Source: Camelus dromedarius (lineage: Eukaryota). Taken from it: DNA of 64,000 nucleotides. Below, piece after piece: positions 49,090 to 62,186 of the stretch. The position numbers and the translations under genes are program-made. The notes under the pieces are model-generated. The model worked only from the letters and a program-made list of their open reading frames with translations, did no database searches and had not been told where the DNA came from. Each line of letters opens with the position of its first letter. Within the stretch, counting starts at the first letter, position 1. The stretch is taken from contig NC_087447.1 of NCBI RefSeq assembly GCF_036321535.1, positions 44,146,001-44,210,000 of the forward strand. The letters run 5' to 3'.

Positions 49090-51900
49090 TTTAAAAAATT
49101 GAGGTAAAATTCACATAACACAAAATTCACTACATTAACCATTTTAAAGTACACAATTCATGGTTTTTAGTATATTCACAATGCTGTGCAACCATCACAA
49201 CTCTATAATTCCAGAACATTTTCATTACCCCCCAAAGTAACCCCATAGCCATTAAGGAGTCACTTCCTTTTCCCCCTCCCTCCCATGCTGTCTCTTTGGA
49301 TTTGCCTATTCTGGGCATTTCATATAAATTCAGTTATATGGTACGTGATCTTCTGCATCTCACTTCTTTAAATTAGCGTAATATTTTGAAGGTTCATTCA
49401 TGTCGCAGCATGTTTCAGTACTTCATTCCTTTTAATGGCTGAGTAATATTCCATTCTATGAATATAAATATTTAGTCTTTTATCAGCTGACGAACTTTTG
49501 GATTGGTTTTTTGGCTATTATGAATAATGCTATGAACACTCATGTACCAACTTGTGTGTAAATACATGTTTTCAACTCTCTTGTGTATATAATAATTCTG
49601 TATTCAACTTTCTAAGAAACTACCAAACTGTCTTCCACAGTGACTGTACCATTTTACATTCCTAAAGGCAAAATATGAAGGTTCCAATCTCTCCACATCC
49701 TCACCAACACTTATTATTTTTTTTTAATTAGTGTAGCCATCCTAGTGGATGTCAAGTGGTATCTCACTAAGTTTGATATAAAATTCCTTAATAATCAGGA
49801 ACAATTATTCCTATGCTTATCAACCATTTGTATATCTTTGTAGGAGAAATATCTATTCAAGTCTTTTACCATTTTTAAAATTGTGTTGCTTGTCTATTTG
49901 TTGTTGAGTTATAAAAGTTCTTTACATTTTTCCAATACTAGGCTTATACCAGATATGATTTTCAAATACTTTCTCTCATTCTGCAGGTTTCCTTTTCACT
50001 TTCTTGATAGTATCTTTTGATGCACAGAAGTTTTTCGTTTTGATGAAGCCCAATTTTTCTTTTGTTGCTTGTATTTTTGGTGCCGTATCTAAGCATCAAT
50101 TACCAAATTCAAGTGATAGTTATTTGTTTTCTTGTATGAGTTTTATAGTTTTAGCTCTTATATTTAGATTTGTTGACCCATTTTCAGTTAATTTTTGCAT
50201 ATTGTATCAAGTCTTACTTAAATCTTTTGCCTCTGAATATCAAGTTGTTCCAGCACCACTTGCTGAAGAACTGTTTTCCTATTTAATGGTCTTAGCACCC
50301 TTGCTGAAAATCAGTCGACCACAGATACATGAGTTTATTTCTGAACTCAGTTCTATTCCACTGATCTAGATGTCTAACCTATTCCAGTACCTCATGGCTT
50401 TAATTACTGTAGCTTTGACTTAAATTTTGAAATTGGGAAGTGCGTATCCTCAAACTTTGTTCTTCTTTATCAAGGCTGTTTTGGCTATTTGGGTCCTTTG
50501 TAATTCCATGTAAATTTTAGGATCAGCTTGTCCATTTCTTCAAAAAGGTAGCTGGAATTTTGATGTGAATTGTGAATTGCATTTGAATGTATACAGATTG
50601 CTTTGGGGAGTATTGTTGTAACAATATCAAATCATCCAATCTATGAACACAGGATGTCTTTCCACTTATTCAGGTCTTCTTTCAACAACGTTTTGTGGTT
50701 TCCAGTGGCTCAATCTTATGCCTCCTTGGTTAAATTTATAGTTAAGTATTTTATTCTTTTTGATGCTATTATAAATGAACTTATTTTAATTTCAAGTTAT
50801 GACTGATCATTGCTAGTGTGTAGGAAGACAACTGATTTTTGTATGTTAAACTTGTATCTTGAAATTTTGTTCAATTTGTTTCTCAGGTCTAATAGTTTTT
50901 ACTGGACTCTTTAGAATGTGCTCTATATAAGTCATCTGCCAGGAGAGTTTTACTTCCTCCTTCCCAATCAGGATGACTTTTATATCTTTTTCTTGGCTGG
51001 CCTGTAGTATAGTGCTGACTAGAAGTGGCACAAGGGGGCATGCTTGTCTTGTTCTTAATCCTAAAGGCAAAGCTTTCCGTATTGCACAGTCAAGTATGAT
51101 GTTTGCTGGAGGTTTTTACAGATACCCTTTTTCAGGTTCAACAAATTCCCTTTTAATTTCTAGTCTGCTGAGTGTTTTTATCATGAAAGGGCACTGAATT
51201 CTGTCAAATGCTTTTTCTGCATCAATTGAAATGATCATGTGATTTTCCCCTTCATTCTACGTCGTCATGGTGTATAATCCTCTTAATATGCTGCGGGGTT
51301 TAGTTCACCAGTTTTCTTTTCCTGTGATGTGTGTCTCTAGCTTTGGCATCAGGTTAAAACTCCCATCATAGAATAAGATAAGAAATTTTGTTTTTGTTTT
51401 TCTTTTTTGTAAGCAAGATTTTTATTAGTGAAGTAAAAAGGTCATGAAAGATAGTACACTCCCAAGAATTGGGAGCAGGCTGATCCAAGAGAGGAAAAAT
51501 GGCCTAAGTCAAGAAGTATTCCCTCCTCCTCTATTTTTTTTTAGAAGAGTTTGAGAAAATTTGCTGTTAATTCTTCTTTTAATGTTTGGGAGAATTCACC
51601 AGTGAAGCCATCTTGTCCTTGGGTTTACTTTGTTGAAATTTTAAAAATTACTGATTCAATCTCTTTAGTTGTTATGAGTTCAGAGAGTTTTGGTAGTTTT
51701 TGGAATTGTTCTATTTCATCTAAGTTATCTAATTTGTTGGCATATAACTGTTCATAGTATCTCTTATAATCCTTTCGATTTATGGAAGATCAGTAGTAAT
51801 GTTCCTACCTTTATTCCTGATTTCAGTAATTTTAGTCTTCTCTTTTTTCCTGGACATTGTAGCTAAACTTTTATCTGTGTTGTTGGTCTTTTCAACCTCT
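49090..51900 (-). mobile_element. L1 (L1MB-like) ORF2 3' half plus 3'UTR
   Basis: Long antisense L1 (ttgaggtaaaattcacataac...; ttttgatgcacagaagtttt; aattcaccagtgaagccatc). Decayed ORF 50846..51070 PLGLRTRQACPL...KEEVKLS is an RT remnant. Confidence 0.9.
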
Positions 51901-52520
51901 TTTTTGAATTTACAAAGTCAATATTCTTTGTCGTGCGTGCCCACTTAATAGTTAGCTAGTGATTCCATGGATGTCCTTAAAACCAGAAAAGCAAAAACAA
52001 AAACCATTTCCTAGCCTTTGCAGATGGGCTTTCTGAGTTAAGGAATGCCTTCCACACTTAGCCAGACAGTTTTCTCTTCTACCTTAGTCATCGCTTTCTG
52101 CTTCAGCAGAGCCTCAGGGCTGGCCATAGGTGAGAACCAGGTGACTCAGGTCTTTCTGAACAGGTATCCAGCCTTCTAGATCTCTAGGAATGTGTAAGAG
52201 CTTTTTAAATCCCTCACTCCCTAAAGCACCTTTCCTCTCAATTTTTTGCTTAGTCTGTTTGTTCCAAATGTTAGTTTGCTGTCCCAAGTGGCACTGGCTA
52301 ATACATTTTTCATTAAATGTTTTCAACAAATACTACCCAGGTAGTCTCCTCAGCCCTGTGAGTTTTGAGTTAGGTAAAATAAGGGCAAATCTTTTAAGAT
52401 GGTTCTTCAGGGAGACATGGCACGTTATAAGAAACCAAAAGCCTTTCTCAGTCCTGGATTACCCTGCAACCTCTCATTTCCTTCCCAACTAAACATCTCA
52501 AAAATTGTCTAAAATCATTA

Positions 52521-52567
<47 letters not shown>

Positions 52568-52568
52568 A
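52521..52568. repeat. (TAAA)n microsatellite
   Basis: About 12 TAAA units flanked by the direct repeat taaaatcattat. Confidence 0.95.
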
Positions 52569-52611
52569 ATCATTATTACATTCCCACCTCATACTTCACA
52601 TTTTTTTGACC

Positions 52612-53703
52612 CATGGGATAGACAGAATTATAGCCCCCCTGAGATGTCCATGGATTACTTTGATACATGGCAAAACTTGAGATGAAAAAAATCATCCTGG
52701 ACTATCTAGTTTGGATGGTCCCGAACTAATCATATATGAGTCCTGAAAAGCAGAGAACCTTTCCCAGCTGTGGGCAGTGAGAGAGAGAGGGGGAGGGAGA
52801 GAGAGAGACAGAGACAGAGCGAGCACATGCTAAAGGGTGTGAGTGTGTGCAGGTGTGCCAGCGCCCACACGGTGAAAACAGAAAGAAGAGTCAGAGATGG
52901 CAGTGTGAAAAGGACTTAGCTCACTGTTACCAGCTTTGAAGATGGGGGAAAGGGATTACGAGGCCCAAAAAGGAATGCAGTCCTACTGATGCCTTGATTT
53001 TAGCCCTGGGAGACCCATGTTGGACCAATGACCTAATCAACAATTTCAATAAATTATTTTCAATATATGTCTTAACAGGACCTTTTTATTGCAACACTGT
53101 TGAACACTCCCCAATCTATCCTGGCTCTTTGACTTCCTGGATTACTTCTTTCTAGCCTGCTTACCTGAGTTTTCTTATTTTGCTCAGTTTTTCATTTATT
53201 TTTTAGACAAGGACTAAATATAACCCCAATACCAATATCATCACTGTCTCTAATCAGTAATGCCTCATCAAATATCCAGTCAGTTGCCTCATGTCTTAAA
53301 AGGTCCACACATTCACATGATCATTACACATCCATGTTTCTTTTAATCTCTAAATCCCTCCCTCCATATCCCTCCCTGCTCCCTTAGAATTATTTTGTTT
53401 TAGAAACTGAATTGTCTCGTTTCCCACAGGTTGGGTTTTACTAATGGCATTCCCAGGGTATGGTTTAACACGTCCCTCTAGCCTACACATTTTCTATAAC
53501 TGGTAGTTAGCTTCTCCCTAAGGATTTGTATTTCTCCTACTTCTGTTTATATCTATGATTTTCTACATTTTTCTTTCTTGATTTTAGCCCAGAGACTCGC
53601 TGATCTACAGACCTGTAGGACTAAACATTCACACTGTTTGAAGCAACCAAGTTTATGGTTACAACCAAGTTTATGGTTACAGCAGCAACAGAAACTGCTA
53701 TAC
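52612..53703 (+). mobile_element. MLT1D-like MaLR LTR in two parts separated by L1-like sequence
   Basis: cagaattatagcccccctgagatgtcca...gccttgattttagccc (to ~53030) resumes at ~53575 ttgattttagccc...gttacagcagcaacagaaactgctatac. Confidence 0.6.
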
Positions 53704-54011
53704 TTCTCAACACTAAAGCCCTACTGTTAACTATATATTAATTTTTCATTGTGGCTGTCCCACAAAGACTTCAAATTCAACATGCCACATAATTAATACA
53801 TTAATCTCGCCTCCAACAAAATCTGTTACCTATGCTTCATTCACGTAAGCCAGAACATTTATCCCATTCACACCTAACATGTAGTCAATAAATCCTTTAG
53901 GTTCAAATTCCTCTGGTTTCCCAATGCTTCCTCATTCTCTAACACCTGATTTTTACAATAGTTCCTAACTGGGTTTACTATTTTCAGGGCCCTCAGTGCT
54001 ATCCTTTACAC

Positions 54012-54224
54012 CAGAAGTTGATAAGTTTTTTTCTGTAAAGATCCAGATTGTAAACATTTTATTTAGGCTTCACAGGGAGTACCATCTCTGCTGCAACTAA
54101 TCAACTCTAGTCATACTATGAAAGCAGCTATAGACAAAACTTACAGGACTGGGTGTGGCTGTGGTTCCAATAAAACTTTATTTCCAAAATTATTTGACCT
54201 GTGGTCATAGTTTGCTGGCCCCTG
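54012..54224. mobile_element. MER58A hAT-Charlie MITE
   Basis: tttttctgtaaagatccagattgtaaacatttt...tcaactct...aaagcagctatagacaa...ccaataaaactttattt...tagtttgctggcccctg. Confidence 0.8.
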
Positions 54225-54369
54225 CTCTAGGCTGAAACCAACACGGTATTTTTGAAAGTTAAATAAAATTGTTATACTGCCCTCCTCAGTCTCTGAAATT
54301 TCAGGTCAGCCCTCCTAATACGGTAAAGTTCTTCATGATCTGCCCCTGACACCCTCCAGCTTCAGAAAA

Positions 54370-54727
54370 AGTTATTATGCTAAGTGTAATAAGTCAGACA
54401 AAGACAAATACAGTATGGTATCACCTACATGTGGAATCTAAAAAAATAAAACAAACTAGTAAATATAACAAAACAGAAAGACAAATATAGAGAACAAAGT
54501 GGTTACCAGTGGGAAGAGGGAAGTGGGGGAAGGGCAATATAGGGGCAGGAGACTAGGAAGTGCAAACTATTATATATAAAATAAGCTACAAGGATACAGT
54601 ACAACACAGGGCACATTGCCAATATTTTATAACTATGAATATAGTATAACCTTTAAAAATTGTGAATCACTATATTATATATCTGTAACTTACATAATAT
54701 TGTACATCAACTATCTGTCAACAAAAA
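54370..54727 (+). mobile_element. L1 3' end
   Basis: ttatgctaagtgtaataagtcagacaaagacaaatac...ataatattgtacatcaactat. Confidence 0.8.
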
Positions 54728-54800
54728 CTTTTTTTTAAAGATAATTTTTCTTCATATAAGAAAGGTCAACTATTCAACCTCCAATTGTCTATATTCTCAC

Positions 54801-55200
54801 CTTCATCTTTAAGCATATCAAACACATCTTCTATGAGGCTCACCACTTCTTTGCTGTTCTTTGGATGCTGTAAATTCACCCAAGTCCTGACTTCTTCAGG
54901 GAGAACTGTCAGGAACTGTTCCAGCACCAACAGCTCTAGGATCTGCTTCTTTGTATGAATCTCTGGTCTCAGCCACTGAAGACAGAGCTCCCACAGTTGG
55001 CTCAGGGCTTCATGGGGCCCAGACACTTCCATATACTGGAAACGCCTGAACTTCTGACGAGAGGCCTCACAGTCATCTGTCCCCACGCCTGGGATGGTTT
55101 CCTGCTGCCAAGACACATCGGCTCTCAGGACCTCACTTTGTTCATGAGGAGCCAGGCTCTGAGGTTTTGGGATAGCCATCAACTTGTTCAGAGGCTGCAT
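54801..55200 (-). CDS. ZNF215: ZNF215 coding exon 1 (SCAN domain)
   Basis: [13 protein letters not shown]...[12 protein letters not shown]...[37 protein letters not shown] is a SCAN domain. Donor GAAG|GTGAGA at 54800; 400 coding nt. The exon acceptor (ttccctgttctgtcAG) puts the exon start at 55371. Confidence 0.95.
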
Positions 55201-55933
55201 CTTCCCAGATAGAACTCCCAGTGCTGTTCAAATTTGTCTTGCCAGAGGATTCCAATAATTCTCAGGCTTGAGCTAAGCACTTATGTACTATATATATGCA
55301 GTGTGATTTGAACTAAGTTATATCTCAGTAAGAGGAAAGTTCTAGAGGCTTCAGAGCCAATCTTCAGGTACCTGACAGAACAGGGAAAAAAAAGATACAA
55401 ATATGACCTACAGATAATGAACATGGATAAGTCAAAAAGTACATTCCCAGACTATAATAATTAAAAGTTTCCATTTGTTAGGATTCACTGTGAGCCAGTC
55501 TGCAATGCCCACCAGGGCGGGCTTAGGCTCAACTAAACACTTCAGACTCTCGAGACTACCATAGGTCAACCCGGCACCCACCAGGCTGCTGTGAAGGCTC
55601 CTGGGCAGAAAGCACAGCTTGCTCGTGAGCACAGGAGTGAGTAACCAACACACTCTTCAGTAGGCATTCTCACAGAGTACAGCTCCAGTGAAAGGAGAGG
55701 TGGCCCATGTAGGTCGGGCAGAAGGCGTCCTGACTGAAAAGCCTTCCACAGGAGCCGGTACCTAACAACTCCAAGTGCAGCTCTCAGGGTTCCCCGGAGA
55801 GCGTGACTGATTATGTAAGAGTCACGACATTCAGGGAAGTACACTGAGATACAGCTTTCTGTCTGACTTACAGTTCTTCCAGCCCAGATGCAATTTATCA
55901 TTCAGGAGCCGTTTTCATTATAACCCTCAAGGC

Positions 55934-56141
55934 CAGTGGTTCTCAGGGGCAATTTTGCCAACATGGAAAATTTGGCAATGCCTGGAGGCAGCTTTGGTTG
56001 TCACAACTGGGGACATTACTGGCATCTAGTGGGTAGAGGCCAGGGATGCTGCTAAATGTCCTGCAGTGCACAGGACACTCCTTTATAACAAATAATTATC
56101 CAGTCCCAAATGTCCATAATTCTGAGGTTAAGAAACTCTGC
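55934..56141 (+). mobile_element. MER20 hAT-Charlie MITE
   Basis: cagtggttctca...tactggcatctagtgggtagaggccagggatgctgctaaa...gaggttaagaaactctg. Confidence 0.85.
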
Positions 56142-58599
56142 TGTAGTCAGTACATAGTGGCTAAGAGTATATCCTTTGGAGTTGTACTAACGTGAGTTTA
56201 AATCCCAGCTGTATTAGTTACTACATGTACGAACTTGAGCAAATTATTTAACAAAAGCTTGAGTTTTCTCAACTTTAAAATGAATATAACAATACCTACC
56301 TGATTGAAATACAGCGATTAAAAGAACACTCATCTCACTTCTTGGCAGACAATAAGCACTCAACAGATTATTACATACACACAGGTGTGACCGCTTGTAT
56401 GTGTCTTACAAACTGGCCAAAAGTTTGTGCACAAAAGTATTTCCTGACCTCATCTATTGGCAATGTCCACCCAAACAGATCATTCAACATTCAAATAAGG
56501 ATTAGTAAGCAGAGCGGAGGAAGGATATATAAAGACCTCTGAAAAGGCACTGTGGTAGAAGAAAAAATGCACAATGCTAAAGAGTTAGGGCAAGGAAAAA
56601 AAAAGAAGCTTGGAAATGAGCAGAATCCGTAAGACTAAAGGAAAAAAAAGAAAAAGTGATCCAGCTGATAGGTAATTTACACGAAGGTAGAGGTCAATAA
56701 TTCTGATCCTGCTACAGACATATGCTAGAAATGAATAATAAGTAAATAGATCACGATACAAAACTTCTCCAAAGCTTAAGGAAAGTACAGTTTCATTAAA
56801 AAAAAAAAAAAAAAGAGGTTTTCCAAAGTGCTGAAGAGGTATCACTGAGTCTCAGCAAAGAATGAACTATGGGCCCAGATACTTTAAGAATTAACATACA
56901 GGAAGAAAGAAAAAAAGGTTCACATCACATGTTAAAAATAAAATGAAAAACCAGGTAAGTGTGAAAAAAAAGCAGGTTTAACAACAACAATATCCATTGT
57001 AACAATAAATGTACTGAGTAAAAACTTCAACTCCACTTTGTAAAAACACAATAGACATCCAAAACTAAAAAAAATCCAAAGCTGAAGGTAAAGGGATGAT
57101 TAAAAAAATAACAAGCAAATGTAAACAACAACAAAATACACAGGATGTATTGAATTAACAGCGCCAGTGAATAAAATTAGACAAAGAGGAAACTTTCAAT
57201 GACTGAAGGTCCAATTCAATGATCTATGACTGTTATTAAGTGTACCAAATAACACAACTGAAACAGATTTACAGCAAAACTTTCAGAAAACAAGAGATGC
57301 AATCAACAGTAACACAACAGAAACAGGAGACTACGGCAACTCTCTCAGTCCTTAACTAATTAAGCTAAAATTAATAGCAGAGCCGACACGAATAACATGC
57401 TTAGTCCAACACATAAAACCAGACAGAATGCAGTTTCAATTCAAACACTTATGAAAATGCTTATAAAATCTGCTATTTATTAAGCTACCAAAGAACTCCT
57501 CAATAAAGAAGTAAACACAAGCGGTGCAAACCACATTTATTACCAGAATGAACACTAAAGTTTAACACCAAATAGAAAAAAACAATTTCAACTACTTTGA
57601 AATTTAACTTTTGCTTCTAAAAACAACTCAAATTAAAAACACTCCAAACACTGCATTTCAAATCTATAGAGCACAGCCCAAACTCTACTGTTAGGCAATG
57701 GCAAACCCATACATGTATAATTCAAGGAGAATGAGATGAATTAAACATTCAACTCAAAGTGAGAAAAAGCAACAAAATATACTAGGGGGTTAAAGGTTAA
57801 AAAATTAATAAATCACTCAGTATAAGTAATTATAAAGCCAGGAGGACAGATTAGAGATGTTCAGGATGACATGCTCACATTTACAGTTTCAAAGGAGCAA
57901 CAGTCTGGATGACAGAATGTCCAAGGTATGGCCGTGACTGCAAGAAGCTTAAGTAGTCTGTAAGTGACAACTACTGGAATAAAGTCAAGAACCATTAAGG
58001 TTTAAACTCTCAAGTACTGACTAGACCCCTTTGAGGAAGATGGTGAGACTCAGGATGAAGACTTAAAAGACACTGAGCCAGAACCACTGGGAGGGAGGGA
58101 GGGCTCAATAGACAGCAATCTGGAGAGTTAAAAGAACCAGCTGACACAAGTTCATAGGATTTTACAGCGTCAAGGAACTTGAACAGGTGATAATTATAGG
58201 GAAAGGGTAGCATCTGTCTGTGAAGAGGGTTGTTTTTAATCGAATAGGTAATAGGCAAAGCAGCAGCTTGAGGTAGGGAGAATCCTTCACCTTTTCAGAT
58301 TAGCTCGGGTACGGAGGAACAGAAAGCAGTGTGCAAATGTGTGACTGAAAAAGAGGTGCCTGGAAGTTTTAATGTCTGGGGAGTGGCCAGGAATGACCGG
58401 GAGACGAAGGCAAGTTGGAATGACCTTTTCTCCATTCCCTTTTCCAGTTGTTCCAGTCACCTCTGGTATGGAATCCACACCAGTCCTTCCCAAACCAGCT
58501 GAGCAAGATACACTCACCAAGTTAAGCTCCTGGAGATTGCCCCCACGACAGAATGGACAAGAGGACGGCAGAACTGGATCTAGAACACAGCCGTCCGGT

Positions 58600-59340
58600 T
58601 TCCCATGCCTAATCCTCCGTATCTCTCCTCTCTCATACACTCACTTCTTTCCCCAGCCTACATTTCCACCGCTACACAGCCCGCGCCCTTCTCCAGGTTC
58701 TCCCGCGGAGCCTGCGGAGCGCAGAGCCTGCGGAGCGCAGAGCCGGGATCCAGGGAACTGCGAACACGCGGAGGAGACCTGCGCGGTCGGGGTGGACGCC
58801 CTCAAGCGGGACTTCCAGTTCCACGCATCCGCGTCCTCGCCGCCCGCGGTCCAGCGTGATACCTGCAAGCTTGGCTCCCAGGGCTCGGTTCTGTCACACC
58901 CAGGAGCCGGTTCAGAGGAGGCGCCGAAGTCGCGGACCCTGCCGAAGAGAGGAGCTTGCGTCGGAAATCACGCCAGAACCTAGAACTTGGCGGTACCCTC
59001 GGCCCCTACACACACAGACTCGCTGTACGTCTTCTAAATGCCAAGGCGCACGCCGGCGCACTCCCGCGCACGCGTACCAGCCTTAGACGGAGCCCCCAGA
59101 AGCCCCCGCGGCCCAAGTTTGTAAAGTAGACCCGGGGGCGGGGGCTCCCGGCCCCGCCCCTTCCCAGGCCCCGCCCACCTCGTAGTCCAGCGTCCGACGC
59201 TAGGGCCGAGAAGGGCCGGCTGTGCTTAGGTTAGGTGGGAGGCGGGCTGCCAAGCTTCTGGCGCTTCCTCCATCCCCATCTAGGAAAACTGGCCCAAATC
59301 TTTCTTACCTTCTCCCCGCCACCCACCCGCCTCCACCATT
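58600..59340 (-). promoter_or_regulatory. ZNF215: CpG island: ZNF215 promoter and non-coding first exon
   Basis: CpG-dense, with tandem GC boxes ggccccgcccc/ggccccgccca (~59149-59178) and NRF1-like gcgcacgc elements (~59046-59074). Minus-strand donor CAG|GTATCA at 58862. Lies ~3.5 kb upstream of the SCAN exon. Confidence 0.85.
58708..58744. repeat. 16-bp tandem duplication gagcctgcggagcgca in the ZNF215 CpG island
   Basis: gagcctgcggagcgca-gagcctgcggagcgca-gagcc, read directly. Confidence 0.9.
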
Positions 59341-59840
59341 TTCCTGGAATAAAAAAACAGTGAAATAATTTAGAAATAATTTAGAAATGATATCGTCTTG
59401 TGTATAACATGGTTTAACTTTTTTTTTTTTTTCTGGTTTACTGATTCGCTCATTGATGCACACATTCACTCAGTTTTGTATCGCGGTGAATAATCTTGCA
59501 GAAGATCATTGAGTTCATTTTTGGCTTATTGCCTGAGAGATACTTGGTGACATCCAAGAATCATTTAAAATAGGCAATTGAATATCCAAGTATCTGGAGT
59601 TTAGAGGTGTCTGGGACCAGATGTAAAATTTGTGTCAATTCTGGGTAGTTGGTAGTCAATACTATGGGGATGGGGAGGGGAGGGATGAGACTTCAGAAAG
59701 AGAGAAAACAGTAGAAGGACGGAGTCTAGGATTGAGCCCCAGAGGAAGAATTCAAACTAGTAAATCAGGGAAAGTCTCCCAGGGAGGAAGCTTTAAATCT
59801 AGGCCATGAGTTAACCAATGTAAAACAAGACAGGAACCAG

Positions 59841-59843
<3 letters not shown>

Positions 59844-59886
<43 letters not shown>
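59844..59886. repeat. (TG)n microsatellite upstream of the ZNF215 promoter
   Basis: About 21 uninterrupted TG units. Confidence 0.97.
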
Positions 59887-59887
<1 letters not shown>

Positions 59888-60258
59888 GGCCAACCTCCTC
59901 TGTACTCATTACTATCACAAGCGAATTTTAAATATCATCTCACTTATCACCACAACACTAGGAAGGCATTATCAGCCCCAAATTTATAGAAACTAAAAGA
60001 TAGCAAAGCTGAGCTTCAAGCTCACATCACTTCATACATATTCCCTCAATGCTTCAAGATCTAGAGGGCCATTAGTAAGATATGACCAAAGTATGGAATG
60101 ATATTTTCCAAGATTAGGGGTATGGTGTGTGCCATGAATTGTTTGTGATGGGATTGACCTTTATAATGTCATATTTAACCAGATAGGCAAAATAAAAATT
60201 TTGACTTGTAAGTATTGCCAGTAAACAGGCTCAATCATAGACTTCAATTGAGAGTGCA

Positions 60259-60670
60259 TGTATGAATATATGTATATTCATATGTGACTGAAAAATTGTG
60301 CTGTACACCAGAAATTGACACAGCATTGTAAACCGACTATAACTCAAAAAAAAGAGTGCATGTGGAATATAAAGAAAAATGATATACATGAATTTATTTA
60401 CAAAATAGAAGACTCACAGATATAAAAAACAAACCAAAGGTGAAGTGGGGAGGAATAAATTAGGAATCTGGGATTAGCAGATACGAACAACTGTTTATAA
60501 AATAAATAAACAGCAAGGTCCTAATGTATAGCACAGGGAACTACATTCACTATCTTGTAATAACCTATAATGAAAAAGATTATATGAATATATATGTATT
60601 ACTGAATCACTATGGTGTACACCAGAAACATGCAACATTGTAAATGACTATACTTGGATTTTAAAAAAAA
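60259..60670 (+). mobile_element. Two tandem 5'-truncated L1 3' ends sharing one target site
   Basis: Both end in ...tgtaaa(ccg/tg)acta...poly(A). agagtgca occurs at 60251, 60353 and 60670. Confidence 0.8.
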
Positions 60671-62186
60671 GAGTGCAGAAAAATGGAAAAGGTGACAAGT
60701 AAGGGTTAGAATGACCAGCCTTCCTGTCATACCTCTTATAGATAGGAGGTTTCTGACCATGTGTCTTCAAAGATCCGCATGGACGGTGCTCTTTAACTGA
60801 ACAAGGGTCATTTTCAGTTTGCAGTCACCTCAAGTAAAGATCCAGCTATTTTTTTAATGTTATAACTTTATAAGGTTTCTCTCAGTATATGACTTTCATT
60901 ATAAAGCCATCTAGTGTAAGGAAAGCCCTAGATCCTTAAGCTGCATCGAATTGTTTGTTACATATTTCTTTCTATGATCATGAAATATAGATCATCTAAA
61001 TGAGAACCTGTCTTCTGAACTAGTTCCTTAAGATGCAAAGAATTATTTGCTACGAACTCCACTCCCTTCTGTCATCATGAAAACCTCATCTCCATATTTA
61101 AGAAAAAATATAGAGAAACTTGATCTGAATTTAGGCCAACACTTCCCCTGACCACTTATATATTCATTCAGCAAATTTTTGTTAAGAATTTAATTTGTGG
61201 CAAATACTGCACTAGCAATTGAAAATATATTAGTAAATACAATCAAATGAAGACTGTCATAAGGACTAACAGAAGCATTCCATATGCTAAGCTACTGTAT
61301 TTCTTCAGCCAACATTCTGTGTTCTACACATCCTCAGAATACTGTGTTGTGCAGATTGTGAATTGAATGGTCAGTTTGGGATTTGTAGATAGTCCAGATA
61401 GGAGTAGGGGTGATTTGGCTTCATGGGCCATGTATTATAAACATTTGTCAATTTTTGACTTCTGATCATTTCAATACTCTTTCTATAATTATAGTCTTCT
61501 GTGAGTCTAGTGGGGAGTTAGAATGTCTCCCTTCATAGAAACTGAATACACCTGTATTCACTTTTTTTGTCTCCACTGCAGCTAGGGCACAGCCTGTAAC
61601 TTGGCCTTGATCAATTAAACACAGCCAGTGTAGACTTTGCATTAAGATCTAGTGATATGAAAAAGCAAGGACACCAAACAGTTTCTTTCCTTTTATTTTT
61701 TTTTAAAATAGACTATTTAGGTCAGTTTTAGAGTTACAGAAAAACTGAGAAGATACAGTTCAACAAGTTCCCATAAACGCCCCCCCCGACTTTTCCTTAC
61801 TATTGACATCTTACATTATTATGACACATTTAATAGGACTGATACCTTATTATTAATTTATGTACTAAATTTTTTCTTTAGAAGCTTCTTGGCCCTTTAT
61901 TTCCCCTCTACCTCCATAGCAGGAGAGGTAGTAGTTTTTATTGGTAATGTGAAAACACCCCATAGGCATCTATTTGAATGAGATGGAACATGATTCTCTC
62001 AGCTTTTCACTTACCCATTGCTGCATAACAAACCATCTCAAAACTTAGTGCCTTAAAACAGCAATCGTTTTATTTTGCTTATAATTTTGTGGGTTCAGAA
62101 TTTGGAAGATGAGGATGGCAACTATTGGTAAAGGCGATATTTAAGATACAACCATGGGAATGAATGGTTAAGGTCATTGGAGGAAG

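Noticed and set aside
58372..58983. 203-aa plus-strand ORF antisense to the ZNF215 5' end
   Set aside because: Mostly GC-rich island sequence with no recognisable domain, and it spans a 16-bp tandem duplication.
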